The position numbers were made by a program, and so were the translations under genes. Shown here piece by piece: positions 27,390 through 37,693 of a stretch of 64,000 nucleotides of DNA (the first letter of the stretch is position 1; each line of letters opens with the position of its first letter). The stretch is from a virus. The notes under the pieces were generated by a model. It saw nothing but the letters and a program-made list of their open reading frames with translations. It ran no database searches and had not been told where the DNA came from. The stretch spans positions 51,570 to 115,569 of IMG/VR virus record IMGVR_UViG_3300011335_000809; one strand, 5' to 3'.

Positions 27390-28748
27390 TTAAGCAATAC
27401 GAACACTATAAGTCAAATCACCATCATTAAGACATTCCAAGTTATTAAGCTTAGACTGTACACGTTTACAAGCATCTTCCTCAATTGTACCAGCAGCAAA
27501 CATAACCTTCTGTATACACTTAGTCTTACCCTCAGCACGATGAATACGTCCAAGTGCCTGAAGAAGATTAATAGCACTGTAACTAGGACTGATGATAGCA
27601 CCCCGAGCAAAATTACCATTCAAATCGTGTAAACTAACACCAGCATTACCAGCAGCCAAATTAGCAATCATAATTCGCTTAACATCACTCTGAAACAATT
27701 CAATGTCCTTCTGTCTAACTTTATCAGATTGTCCCCCAACAATCCTAGCAATCTTACCCTCAAACTTCCGGTTCTTAGCCAATTGTTTCTCAATAGCCTC
27801 TACAGTATCAGTGAAATTCACAAACACCACAGGACTGATACCCTCATCATACCAATCTTCAATCATTTCAACCATAGTGGGTACCTTCAACAATTCAGCC
27901 ATACGACGAGCTTTAGTCATAATAGCAAAGTGATGTTGACTATAATTGACACTGGATTCCTCCAAAGCAGCCAATTCAGACTCCATCTGAAGATATACCC
28001 GATTGATTTTATCGGTATTGGTACCCATATCAAAACATTCAGCCATCACGTGATTGTCAGGAAAGATCTTGTCAAACATCTTTCGGGTCATACGGCTACT
28101 AACCTTATACAGATTAAATAGCTTATCGTGAATGTTAGACATAGCCTCTACAGTCTTTTGACTCTGTAGATCAATTTGAAATCCACCATATCGTCCAACA
28201 TAAGCACCACTATCAGTGATAAACTGACGATAGCTAGTGAGATTGTGAAGAGTAGTAGCAAAACCAAACGCTTTCATCTCCAATGGATTGGTAGCAGCAC
28301 TAGCACTAAGCAACAATGACTTGTAACCATCCATCTTCAACTTAATAAGAAAATCACTGTTCTTGCTGGTACTAGACTTACACTTATGTACTTCATCTAG
28401 AATCACAAGACTATTCTTGGGGAAGTTAATAGTATAATCACTAGGACCATTATCTTTACCATCTTTAAATGATAAATGTTCAGTGTTACCCCGAATCAAT
28501 TTCTCATAGTTAATCAAACAATGAGCCTTAATACCAAAATAACTCAAGACCGTGGTCCAAGCAGGTATCATAATCTTGGGACACACAATAACCACTGGAC
28601 TATTAAGATTCTTAGCAATCCAAGCAGCCACATAAGTCTTGCCAGTACCAGTCTCACTCTGATCACAAGCAACACCATTGATATACAAACTGTTAAGCAT
28701 ATTAACAGCGTGCTCCCGTTGGGGAGGAAGTAGAAGTTCAACGTTCAT
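27390..28748 (-). CDS. Superfamily 2 (SNF2-like/DEAH) helicase
   Basis: ETGTGKT, LDEVH, LSASA, QALGRIHR motifs. Confidence 0.92.
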   Translation of the reverse strand: MNVELLLPPQREHAVNMLNSLYINGVACDQSETGTGKTYVAAWIAKNLNSPVVIVCPKIMIPAWTTVLSYFGIKAHCLINYEKLIRGNTEHLSFKDGKDNGPSDYTINFPKNSLVILDEVHKCKSSTSKNSDFLIKLKMDGYKSLLLSASAATNPLEMKAFGFATTLHNLTSYRQFITDSGAYVGRYGGFQIDLQSQKTVEAMSNIHDKLFNLYKVSSRMTRKMFDKIFPDNHVMAECFDMGTNTDKINRVYLQMESELAALEESSVNYSQHHFAIMTKARRMAELLKVPTMVEMIEDWYDEGISPVVFVNFTDTVEAIEKQLAKNRKFEGKIARIVGGQSDKVRQKDIELFQSDVKRIMIANLAAGNAGVSLHDLNGNFARGAIISPSYSAINLLQALGRIHRAEGKTKCIQKVMFAAGTIEEDACKRVQSKLNNLECLNDGDLTYSVRIA

Positions 28749-29038
28749 TGTGTAAATAGACTATCACGACCCCCTAGAAACCTCAAGCACTTTTTTGAAT
28801 TATTTTTCAGTGTCGCTGCCATCACGGATCTTGAATTCAACCGGAGCACGAGCAGCCAACACCACCTTGACCACATTGTCACTCAATGTCTTCACAAATG
28901 CTACACACAGTGAATAACCCAACACAATTAATATAATAAACATAATATAATTGGGTACACTCTCGGTAATAGTCTTAAACAATACAGTCAAATCAGTATT
29001 CATCTTATTATAAATTATAGGGGACAATCCCCCATTTG

Positions 29039-29371
29039 TCAAGCAACAACCGCTTTCTTCTCAATCTCACTCAGTTTATCAGCGGGTATTTCACTGATAA
29101 TCTGTTTACTATACTTGGGAAGCTTCTTAAAAGCAATAGTCAACTGTTTAGGACTAAGAGTTCTACCCTTGTTGATTTGTTCAGCAAACGAACTAAGAAT
29201 AAAAGCATCAGTACCATTAAACCCAATACCATTATCGTGACCCGTGGTTTGAGCAGCCTGCTCATCAGCCGTTTGACGTTCCCACAGCTTCACGATGGCT
29301 CGTTGAGCCCAAGCGGGATTGGTTGAGAGTTGAACCTTGACGTACTCGGTAACAGCGGAGGAAATCTTCAT
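29039..29371 (-). CDS. conserved phage hypothetical protein
   Basis: RQTADEQ..T..NG.GF...DA..LSS.A...LSPKQ. Confidence 0.75.
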   Translation of the reverse strand: MKISSAVTEYVKVQLSTNPAWAQRAIVKLWERQTADEQAAQTTGHDNGIGFNGTDAFILSSFAEQINKGRTLSPKQLTIAFKKLPKYSKQIISEIPADKLSEIEKKAVVA

Positions 29372-29473
29372 CGTGGAAACAGTATAGACCAGCCTGGGCC
29401 AAAGTCAACGGATTTTTGCAACTTTTTTCGAGGGTTTTCAGGATCACCCACAACCTTTCTTATTTATAAACAG

Positions 29474-29911
29474 TTACTTACAAATCTCTGGGGTCAAATC
29501 ACTCCATCCACCCTCATAGGTACTACGATACATCCACTTACCATTGTCATACAAATACTGATAATCAACACCACTACCAAAGTGTTCATACTCACCCAGA
29601 TCTTCAAAAGTCCTACTATCAGATCCAGTATCACCACGATCCCTTCCATAAGCAACACACACTCCCTCTTGAGGATTATTAAAAGTGTGACGATTGTTAT
29701 CACTATACAGATTAATTCCTGTAGTACTATACAGACTTTCAGAAAGAATACTCAAATCACCCAAATCCAACAGTTCATTAATAATACCAACGTTATTGTA
29801 GTGATTCAACAACATCTTACCAACATACTCAGGATAACCATCCCAATGACAATAGATACCAGTGATAGACTTATCTAGATTGACAATACCAATATTAGAA
29901 CGAGTAGCCAT
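29474..29911 (-). CDS. conserved phage hypothetical protein
   Basis: MATRS.IG...IYCHWDGYP..VG..L..HY. Confidence 0.8.
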   Translation of the reverse strand: MATRSNIGIVNLDKSITGIYCHWDGYPEYVGKMLLNHYNNVGIINELLDLGDLSILSESLYSTTGINLYSDNNRHTFNNPQEGVCVAYGRDRGDTGSDSRTFEDLGEYEHFGSGVDYQYLYDNGKWMYRSTYEGGWSDLTPEICK

Positions 29912-30561
29912 ATATTTAGTTATTATTGTTATTTACTTAACCGCCAATTGTACCGCCTCCATAGCATCATTCATATCCCACGTATGATACAAAAACTTAG
30001 CCTTATCACCAAACCCCACATAACTACGCCAAGCATTTCTATCACTCTTGCTATCAGTAGGCTTATAGATAAACCCAACAATCTCACCATTAATCGTTCC
30101 ACTATACAAATTGGGAAGACTTTGCATCTTCACTCGGGTAAAAGTAACCTTATTCATTGTTTTAATATCTTATCAGAGTTTCACCAAATGTCAAGCCTCA
30201 ATTCGAACATCCCGACCATTTTCGAACCGATAATTCACCGGATCCTCACTCTCAGTAGCACGCCCATCCGTAGGCACCCACCAGCGCATCCGCAACAGCA
30301 TCACGCTGCCAAACGCTTCCTCCGCCGTAGCAAACCGAAGGCCGTTCGTTGACCATTGACCATCCACCAGCACTTCGGGCTTAAATGATTTGTTCTTCAT
30401 CGTGGACAATAGTCTATCATCGATTCCGGGAATCGTCAAGCCCCATCACACTTTATTCTTTTTTTAATTTAAAGCTTGAGGTCCTGGCTGGCTCTGGTAA
30501 CCTAGTTCTGTCCTGAGGGATGCTACGGGCCGACAGCTACAAGGCCGAACCGCTGATAAAC

Positions 30562-30611
30562 CAGCCAGGGTAGGGGACCAGAGAGTGCGTTGATTACGTT
30601 AACGATATCGC
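30562..30611 (+). repeat. G-rich non-coding repeat, copy C
   Basis: CAGCCAGGGTAGGGGACCAGAGAGTGCGTTGATTACGTTAACGATATCGC. Confidence 0.7.
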
Positions 30612-30673
30612 AAATTGTTGCAAATAAAGCTTGACTTTCTCACTTTTTATTTTCTCACTCACTATTTATTAAT

Positions 30674-31330
30674 ATGACTAACACTAAAGTATTAGAGGAA
30701 TATTTTATATGGGAAGAAAAAAACTTAATAGAACCGAAGATGAAATCAAAGAACAATGGCGTAACAGATCAAGAAGATATTACGAAAAACACAAAGACAT
30801 TGAACGAATCAGAAAATTGGAGAGATATCACAGATCCAAAGTTGAGAAAGAAAATGAGATTGAAAGAAAAGTCAATAAAACGTAAATCTTACTTTAAAGC
30901 TTATCGTGAAGCCAATAAAGATAAAAGAAAAGATTATGCTAGAATTTATATGAAAACTTATCATTCTATCAATAAAGAAAAAATTTATTATTATCGTAAT
31001 AACAAATTAAAAACAGATATACAATTTAAGCTTTCGTGTATATTAAGAAACAGATTAAACACCGCTATTAAAGAAAATTTTAAAATTGGTAGTGCAGTGA
31101 GAGATCTTGGATGTACTATTGATGAACTTAAGATTTATTTAGAGTCTAAGTTTCAAAATGGTATGTGTTGGAGTAATTATGGTAAAGATGGTTGGCACAT
31201 AGATCATATAATACCTTTAGCTAGTTTTGACTTAACTGATAGAAATCAATTGTTAGAGGCTTGTCATTATACTAACCTGCAACCTCTATGGGCTAAAGAT
31301 AACTTATCTAAAGGCGACAGAATATGTTAA
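30674..31330 (+). CDS. HNH homing endonuclease, paralog of 21390-22148
   Basis: GWHIDHIIPLASFDLTDR.QLLEACHYTNLQPLWA. Confidence 0.88.
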   Translation: MTNTKVLEEYFIWEEKNLIEPKMKSKNNGVTDQEDITKNTKTLNESENWRDITDPKLRKKMRLKEKSIKRKSYFKAYREANKDKRKDYARIYMKTYHSINKEKIYYYRNNKLKTDIQFKLSCILRNRLNTAIKENFKIGSAVRDLGCTIDELKIYLESKFQNGMCWSNYGKDGWHIDHIIPLASFDLTDRNQLLEACHYTNLQPLWAKDNLSKGDRIC

Positions 31331-31441
31331 CATATCCAATACACCCCACCTGCACCCATTGCGTTAACGGTAACGCATTTAATCGCTTTTTTTTGCAGAA
31401 TTTGCTTGAGGTTTGACTGGCTCTGTGGTAAAGTATTTACA

Positions 31442-31504
31442 AGATCGGCTGACAAAGCTAGGGTAGGGCACCGGACCCTGCACTGATTACGTTACCGTTA
31501 ACGC
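31442..31504 (+). repeat. G-rich non-coding repeat, copy D
   Basis: AGATCGGCTGACAAAGCTAGGGTAGGGCACCGG..GATTACGTTACCGTTAACGC. Confidence 0.75.
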
Positions 31505-31862
31505 TTTCAATTGGACCTACGTCATTGGTTTAGGTAGTATCGTTACCTAATAGTACTGTGTATATACATTAAATTAAGCGTAATAGCAGTGTGTTAACGT
31601 TAGTGTTAAATACTATCGTGTAACATACACAACGATGTTATCCCCCTATTATATCATAACACGCTTTGGACGCATGTCAAATCACGTAACTTATTATAAT
31701 TTGGGGATGACAGCCTGTGGAACAAGTAGAGGCACTTATGATGTGTAGTATAGTAGACGATCTTATGACAAAACTAAATAACTTGACAAAAGGCGAATTG
31801 GTGTTGTCAAGTGTTATATTTGATGTGGGTAATCAAGACGAAACAAAAACAGCACCAACCAT

Positions 31863-31898
31863 AGCTAACCACATATGAGCAGCTAACCACATATGAGC
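31863..31898. repeat. 18-bp tandem duplication
   Basis: AGCTAACCACATATGAGC x2. Confidence 0.9.
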
Positions 31899-32421
31899 AT
31901 ATGTTGCATCACTATAAAAAAAGCACAACAGCGCTACAAAAACGTACTATAGTGCTTAGTGTGCTTATAAATGTAACAATTATGCACTTAATCACTTAAC
32001 ACATATGTAAATATGTACATATGTTGTGGTATGGTGTATTGGTGGCAATACAATGAATATGAGTAAAATGAGTAAAAAGTGTTATTAATGGATAATAGTT
32101 GAATAAAGGGAGGATTTGGGAGAAATAGGGATAAATAGTATTTAGTAAGCGATATTGGTGTATGTGTGATGTTAGTGTGATGCTAGTGATGTTTAGGATA
32201 GTGTAGGTAGTATATGTGGTGAGGTTAGTGGTTAATGGTTTAGGGTAGTGAGTGATATATGTGGTAGTGGTACACTGTGTGATGTTAAGTAGGGGTAGGG
32301 GGGGTGTTGTTATAAAAAAGAGAGGGGGGGGCTTAAATAGCCTATGTAGTGGGGGGGGCTATATGAAAAACCCCTCTTGGTATAGAGGGGGTACTTGTAG
32401 GAGATAAAGGTTGATGTGTGT

Positions 32422-32868
32422 TTATTTGTATATCAATATGTTGCGTACTGTGCCTGGTGACCATTTTTTACCTGTTCTGGTTGGTATGTTATTATTATTT
32501 AAATAGTCTGCGATACTTTGCAGAGTAGTGAATCCATTATTTTTTAGATTATGCATAACAGGCAACAGTTTGTTTTTAAAGTCTTGTTTGGCTTTAGCTG
32601 CGCCTATGTTCATGTCTTTAACTGATTTTTCTGGATTTGGTCCGCCGAGTTTGACACCACGATGTTTTGCACGTTGAATACCTTTTTTGGTTAATTCTGA
32701 TATAGAGATGTTTCTGGGTTTGTTGATATGGTGTACTTTATCGTGGCAAGATTGGCAGAGAGGTATGGTATTTTTGCCACCTAGAGATGTTGGAACTACG
32801 TGGTGATATACTATATTGGTAGTACTATTGCAATCAAAGCAACAGTTAGTGTGTATAGATGTGATCAT
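32422..32868 (-). CDS. HNH domain fused to serine-recombinase C-terminal DNA-binding domain
   Basis: HHVVP.SLGG...PLC..CH..VH; ISE.TK.G..RAK..G..LG; IA..LN...IPTRTGKKW...TV. Confidence 0.75.
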   Translation of the reverse strand: MITSIHTNCCFDCNSTTNIVYHHVVPTSLGGKNTIPLCQSCHDKVHHINKPRNISISELTKKGIQRAKHRGVKLGGPNPEKSVKDMNIGAAKAKQDFKNKLLPVMHNLKNNGFTTLQSIADYLNNNNIPTRTGKKWSPGTVRNILIYK

Positions 32869-33005
32869 AGTATACTACTATAGTGTATGGTAGTATATTG
32901 GTCAATTTTATAATATGATGTATATACTGTATTAATATATCCCCCGAGCAAATATGGGAGGGGGGTGCTTTACAAGTTGGAGAGTATGTGGTATGATGGT
33001 GATAT

Positions 33006-33581
33006 ATGGCGAATGAAACTAAGAAGCTCAATGGGTATAGGTTAAAGAACAAGTATGATGAATATTTTAGGGGATGTGGTATAGACATTGGGTGTGGTGG
33101 TGATGTTTTGAGTAAGATGATATTTAAGAATATTGATAGTGTAGTTGTTTATGATAAGCAGTTTGATGTTAGCAATGATGCTATGTATTGTGGTAATATA
33201 GGTGATGGTGTGTTTGATTTTGTGTATAGTTCACATTGTTTGGAGCATATGGACAATCCGTATGAGGCGTTTAGTAATTGGTTGAGGATATGTAAGGTGG
33301 GTGGATATGTGATAGTTGCGATACCGCATGAGATTTTTTATGAAAAGTGTAAATGGCCATCTGTGTATAATGGTGATCATAAGACTAGTTGGACATTGGA
33401 ATTTGCGTCTAATTTACCCAAGTCAATTAATGTGATAGATTTTTTGAAGCATTTTGATGATGATATTGAGTTAATTAGGTGTAATAGTATAGTTAGCGAT
33501 TTTGATTTTAATAGATTTGATGAAGATCAAACTAGAGCAGATGCTATTTGTCAGATAGAATTTGTAGTGCGTAAGAAGTAA
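33006..33581 (+). CDS. Class I SAM-dependent methyltransferase
   Basis: GIDIGCG, FDFVYSSHCLEH, LRICKVGG. Confidence 0.9.
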   Translation: MANETKKLNGYRLKNKYDEYFRGCGIDIGCGGDVLSKMIFKNIDSVVVYDKQFDVSNDAMYCGNIGDGVFDFVYSSHCLEHMDNPYEAFSNWLRICKVGGYVIVAIPHEIFYEKCKWPSVYNGDHKTSWTLEFASNLPKSINVIDFLKHFDDDIELIRCNSIVSDFDFNRFDEDQTRADAICQIEFVVRKK

Positions 33582-33675
33582 ATAGTAATACCCCGCGCAA
33601 ATATGAAGAGGGGGGCTATATGATTAAGCGGGTATATATAGGGGGGTGGTTGTTAGGATGTTATAGTGTTGACAG

Positions 33676-34188
33676 ATGGTGAAGTGTGTGGTATTATGGG
33701 TATATATGAATGTGGTGAAGATGAATAATAATCATACTGAGTATGATATAGTTAATGGTGAGTGGGTACGTAATGATAGTGACGATACGTTGTGTGTATA
33801 TTTGTCGATACGATTAGATATAAGAGGAGTTATGGGCAGTCTTGATTTTGGTAGGTTTGGTGGAATACGAGATTATTATGTGCGTAATTGTTATGGGGTG
33901 GGGTATACTAGTTGTAGCAGCAAGTGTGTGGGTGGAGTGTTGACTAATAGGGCTGTATTGGATCCTTGGAATAGATGTTTCAAGGTATTTCCTTATAAAT
34001 ATGTGAAAAATGTGAAGTACAGTTATGAGGGATATTATAGTGATGTGGTGTATGGGACGGTGTATGGAGATGAAGATAAATGTAAGTTATCAGAGATTAG
34101 GCACAATGTGATATTATTGACTACTACGGTAAATGGTTGTATGGTGTATTGTGTTGATATATTGGCAGGAGTGTATAATTGTGTGTGA
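33676..34188 (+). CDS. DPW-motif family protein
   Basis: LDPWNR..TTTVNG..VYCVDI. Confidence 0.65.
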   Translation: MVKCVVLWVYMNVVKMNNNHTEYDIVNGEWVRNDSDDTLCVYLSIRLDIRGVMGSLDFGRFGGIRDYYVRNCYGVGYTSCSSKCVGGVLTNRAVLDPWNRCFKVFPYKYVKNVKYSYEGYYSDVVYGTVYGDEDKCKLSEIRHNVILLTTTVNGCMVYCVDILAGVYNCV

Positions 34189-34311
34189 TTGTTAATATAT
34201 TTAATATCTTTATAATTACCCCACACAAATATGAAGAGGGGGGCTTATAAATTATAATTTGGGTTTTAATCTTGACAAACTCTAGTGAAGTGGTGTAATA
34301 TGGTTCAATAA

Positions 34312-34731
34312 ATGATGGCAACGATTAAATATCAAGCTGAATTGTTAAAGACTCACACTGATTATCCTATTACTAATAATCAATGGAAGTTAATGAGCAT
34401 AATGAGCAATGGTTTAGGGTTATGGGATTATTTGGATACATTACAATTGGCTCCAATTAATGTCACAACGCAATTTTCACGTTGTGGTACAGCACGATTT
34501 GCGGGTATCAAAGAATTTTACTTACGGGAAAGGTATCCTAATTGGATAGGTTATGATCTTGACCCTTGGGGACGTAAATTTGTAGTTATGCCAATGAATA
34601 AACGGACACATACATCAATGTATCAGTATTATTGTTACGGTAGTATTAATCTTAATTTGAATGTGGATGTAATTGTAACCACTGTAAATAAATGCAGAGT
34701 TTACTGTGTGGATGTAACAAAAGATATATGA
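34312..34731 (+). CDS. DPW-motif family protein
   Basis: YPITN.QW..LDPWGR..TTVN...YCVDVT. Confidence 0.7.
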   Translation: MMATIKYQAELLKTHTDYPITNNQWKLMSIMSNGLGLWDYLDTLQLAPINVTTQFSRCGTARFAGIKEFYLRERYPNWIGYDLDPWGRKFVVMPMNKRTHTSMYQYYCYGSINLNLNVDVIVTTVNKCRVYCVDVTKDI

Positions 34732-35279
34732 ATGATATTGATTTATATACAAAGTATAGTATAACCAACAAATATTGGAATTTGAGTAAACAAACCAATG
34801 TACATTATGTGGGTATTGGTGCGCTTATAAGGGGGTTGTATGCAATACAAAAATTGGGTAGCAATGTTGGATTGCCTCCATATGGCAATAGCAAGCTATT
34901 ACCATTTGATGTGGAGTTTGAGTGTGCTAAGTTGGATGATAAGATACGTAATTATTATTATAGAACTATTATTCCCCAGTGTTTATTTAGCAACGATGAT
35001 TATAAGAATTTAGGCATATATAATACAGATCCGTGGCTACGTGCATTTCCAATTTATATGACTGGTGATTATAACAATAGATATGTTGATGCATATGCAT
35101 CAATTGATGCATTGAAGAATAATAGTTCTTGTGTATATAGTTATGTGCTATTTTATAAGGACAGGTTAATACGAAGTAATAGTAGATCTAATTTGATGAG
35201 TGGCAGTGTACCATTGGCTATAATGCATGTAACAACATTGGAGGGTAAACCTATAGTTTGCGTGGATATTACTCATTAA
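34728..35279 (+). CDS. DPW-motif family protein
   Basis: YSITN.YW..TDPWLR..TTLEG...CVDIT. Confidence 0.7.
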   Translation: MNDIDLYTKYSITNKYWNLSKQTNVHYVGIGALIRGLYAIQKLGSNVGLPPYGNSKLLPFDVEFECAKLDDKIRNYYYRTIIPQCLFSNDDYKNLGIYNTDPWLRAFPIYMTGDYNNRYVDAYASIDALKNNSSCVYSYVLFYKDRLIRSNSRSNLMSGSVPLAIMHVTTLEGKPIVCVDITH

Positions 35280-35429
35280 TATGGGTGGGGGGTATAAATG
35301 TGACGAAGTTGTTACGAATGGGGCAAATTGAATTTTATGGTATACTTGCGTGAATATCTATGGTAGATTGGGTTACATAGTTTCATAGTGTTTTCTGAGT
35401 GGAAAGTTGTTTATGAAATTGTGTGGTAT

Positions 35430-35482
35430 ATAATAAATAAGATAATAAATAAGATAATAAATAAGATAATAAATAAGATAAT
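35430..35482. repeat. 12-bp tandem repeat x4 abutting start codon
   Basis: (ATAATAAATAAG)4. Confidence 0.9.
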
Positions 35483-37633
35483 ATGAAGATTGTAAAAAAT
35501 ATGAAGTTTGGGTTATTGATTGCGTGTGTGACATTATTAATGTCAGTGTTTACCGGCGTAAATGTGAGGGGGGATACCAATTATGTTAGTGGTTATTTGT
35601 ATGGAAACCACAACTGGGTAGCTACCAATACATATATTTTGACTGGATTTACTTATGTGATGAGCAATGCGGTATTAAATATTGAAGCTGGTACTGTGGT
35701 TAAGGGATCGTCTGGAACAGGCACTAGTGGTACTGCGGCAAATGACTTTGGTTGTTTGTTTGTGTGTAGGGGGGGTAAAGCAAATGCTAGTGGTACTGCT
35801 AGCAAGCCTATTATCTTTACTGCTGAGGTGGATGATGTGACTGATAGTGGTGATTTACCATTTCCAAGCAGAGGTTTGTGGGGTGGAGTGGTATTGTTTG
35901 GTAATGCTAGGCTAAACAATGCTGGGTGGACTACTAATAATGTGAATTATGAAATTTATGAAGGATTGCCTGATTTGTGTGTAACTAATGGTGTTACTGG
36001 ACAGGTTGATTATCTGCATAGATTTGGTGGTAGTGATGATAATGATAGTTCGGGTGTATATCGTTATGTATCAGTTCGTCATGGTGGCAAGAAGTTGACA
36101 ACGGATAAGGAGATTAATGGATGGTCATTGGGTACAATTGGCAGAGGTACAACTATGGAGTATTTGGAAGCATATTGCATTGCTGATGATGGATTTGAGT
36201 TCTTTGGTGGATGTGTAAATACAAAGTATTTGGTATCGGCGTTTAATGATGATGATGGATTTGATACTGATATGGGATATAATGGATCAAATCAATTTTG
36301 GTTTGGTATTCAAGAACCAGGCGCAAAAGATAGTGGTGCTGAACAAAATGGTCAACCACAACCACCTGATGTGAGAGTAAGTGGTGCTTTGCCATTGGCT
36401 AATTATACGGTTGTTAATGCTACATTGATTGGAGCTGGTGTTGGTACTAGTGCTAATGATGCTTTGCGTTTTCGTCAAGAGAACAAGTCACGTTGGTACA
36501 ACAGTATTTTTACTGATTTTGGTGGTGTACGAGTACGTATTGATGATGATGGAGTATCTACGCCTGAATTGAAGAACAATATTTTCTGGGGTTACAAGGT
36601 TGGATCTAATGAAGATTATGGTGGTACTTATGTATCTGCTACTAGCAATCCTACGATTGATCCTAGGTTAGTTAGTATTAGTCGTAGTCCGGATGGCAAG
36701 TTGGATCCTACATTGCGTAGTGATAGTCCTGTTTATAATGAACCACATACATATCCTGTTGGATTTGACAATGTGAATTTTACAGGAGCGTTTGGTACAC
36801 GTAATTGGGCACAGGGATGGACAGCATTGAGTGACGAGGGATTTTTTGCTGAATATGTACCCCAAGCAAAGTCTCCAGTATTAAGTGTATCATCTACTGC
36901 AACTGCATTGAAGATTAATTTTGTGTCTGAGTTGGGCAGAACATATAGTATTCAAAGCAGTGTGGTACCTGATCAGACTACTAATGATAGGCAGGTTGTG
37001 AGTCAGAATATTGTGGGTTATGTTCGTTTGAATCTTACCCAGGGATATAATTTGATTGGTAACCAGCTAAATAATGGTAATAATCTAATTGGTAATGTAT
37101 TGAATGTACCAGATGGCACTACCATTTATAAGTTTGATGGTAAGTATTCAGCCAATTCATATGTTGATGGTGCTTGGGATCTACCAACTATGACATTACC
37201 AGTTGGTGAAGGATTCTTTATTAATGTTCCTAGTGCTACTACCATTACATTGATTGGTGAAGTTAGTCAGAACAATAACAAGACATTGGCTAATGGAATT
37301 AGTTTGTTGTCGGTTCCAATGGCAGTGGGTGGTAGTTTGACTGATGTGGCTGGATTGGTAGCTAATGAGGGAGATGTTGTGTATCAATGGACTGGCACTG
37401 GATTTGGTGCTAAGGAATTTGTTGATGGTGTTTGGTCTCCATCTGTTCCTATTGTTAAAGTTGGTGAAGGTTTCTTTTTGAAGGGAAGTGGACGTAGTTA
37501 TGTATTGAACAATGGTGGTAACAATAACAATTGGAAGGTTGTACAATCAGGTGTGGTGGGTACTGGATCTGAATTGAGTGTGAATGTGAGTGTTGTTGAT
37601 AGTGTTGGCTTTATTAGAGTTGTGGTTGAGTGA
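35483..37633 (+). CDS. Large secreted beta-helix protein with host-like C-terminal domain
   Basis: Signal peptide; L.IEAGTVVKG, G.A..PIIFT, GLWGG..L.G.A, DDGFEFFGG; C-terminal SQNIVGYV.LNL..GYNLIGNQL. Confidence 0.85.
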   Translation: MKIVKNMKFGLLIACVTLLMSVFTGVNVRGDTNYVSGYLYGNHNWVATNTYILTGFTYVMSNAVLNIEAGTVVKGSSGTGTSGTAANDFGCLFVCRGGKANASGTASKPIIFTAEVDDVTDSGDLPFPSRGLWGGVVLFGNARLNNAGWTTNNVNYEIYEGLPDLCVTNGVTGQVDYLHRFGGSDDNDSSGVYRYVSVRHGGKKLTTDKEINGWSLGTIGRGTTMEYLEAYCIADDGFEFFGGCVNTKYLVSAFNDDDGFDTDMGYNGSNQFWFGIQEPGAKDSGAEQNGQPQPPDVRVSGALPLANYTVVNATLIGAGVGTSANDALRFRQENKSRWYNSIFTDFGGVRVRIDDDGVSTPELKNNIFWGYKVGSNEDYGGTYVSATSNPTIDPRLVSISRSPDGKLDPTLRSDSPVYNEPHTYPVGFDNVNFTGAFGTRNWAQGWTALSDEGFFAEYVPQAKSPVLSVSSTATALKINFVSELGRTYSIQSSVVPDQTTNDRQVVSQNIVGYVRLNLTQGYNLIGNQLNNGNNLIGNVLNVPDGTTIYKFDGKYSANSYVDGAWDLPTMTLPVGEGFFINVPSATTITLIGEVSQNNNKTLANGISLLSVPMAVGGSLTDVAGLVANEGDVVYQWTGTGFGAKEFVDGVWSPSVPIVKVGEGFFLKGSGRSYVLNNGGNNNNWKVVQSGVVGTGSELSVNVSVVDSVGFIRVVVE

Positions 37634-37655
37634 AGTAGAATAAAGTTATAGATAA

Positions 37656-37693
37656 GATCCCCGTTGATATTTTTATTGACGGGGATTTTTTAT
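37656..37693 (+). terminator. Intrinsic terminator
   Basis: ATCCCCGT..ACGGGGAT + T tract. Confidence 0.85.

Larger units (their letters stand above)
15850..30440 (-). repeat. Dispersed promoter/translation-start repeat before most small genes (>20 copies)
   Basis: AAAAAAGCTG-TTGACTTT-N-TG-TAG(G/A)(A/C)T or TATTCT-ATATCCACG-ATG, e.g. 16955-17000, 17190-17240, 20152-20200, 22765-22815, 22971-23020, 23397-23446, 23651-23700, 25283-25322. Confidence 0.85.

Noticed and set aside
15123-30352. Numerous plus-strand ORFs antisense to the early genes (e.g. 15665, 17108, 22743, 27729, 29330, 29948)
   Set aside because: Antisense shadows of promoter-led minus-strand genes; skewed composition, no motifs
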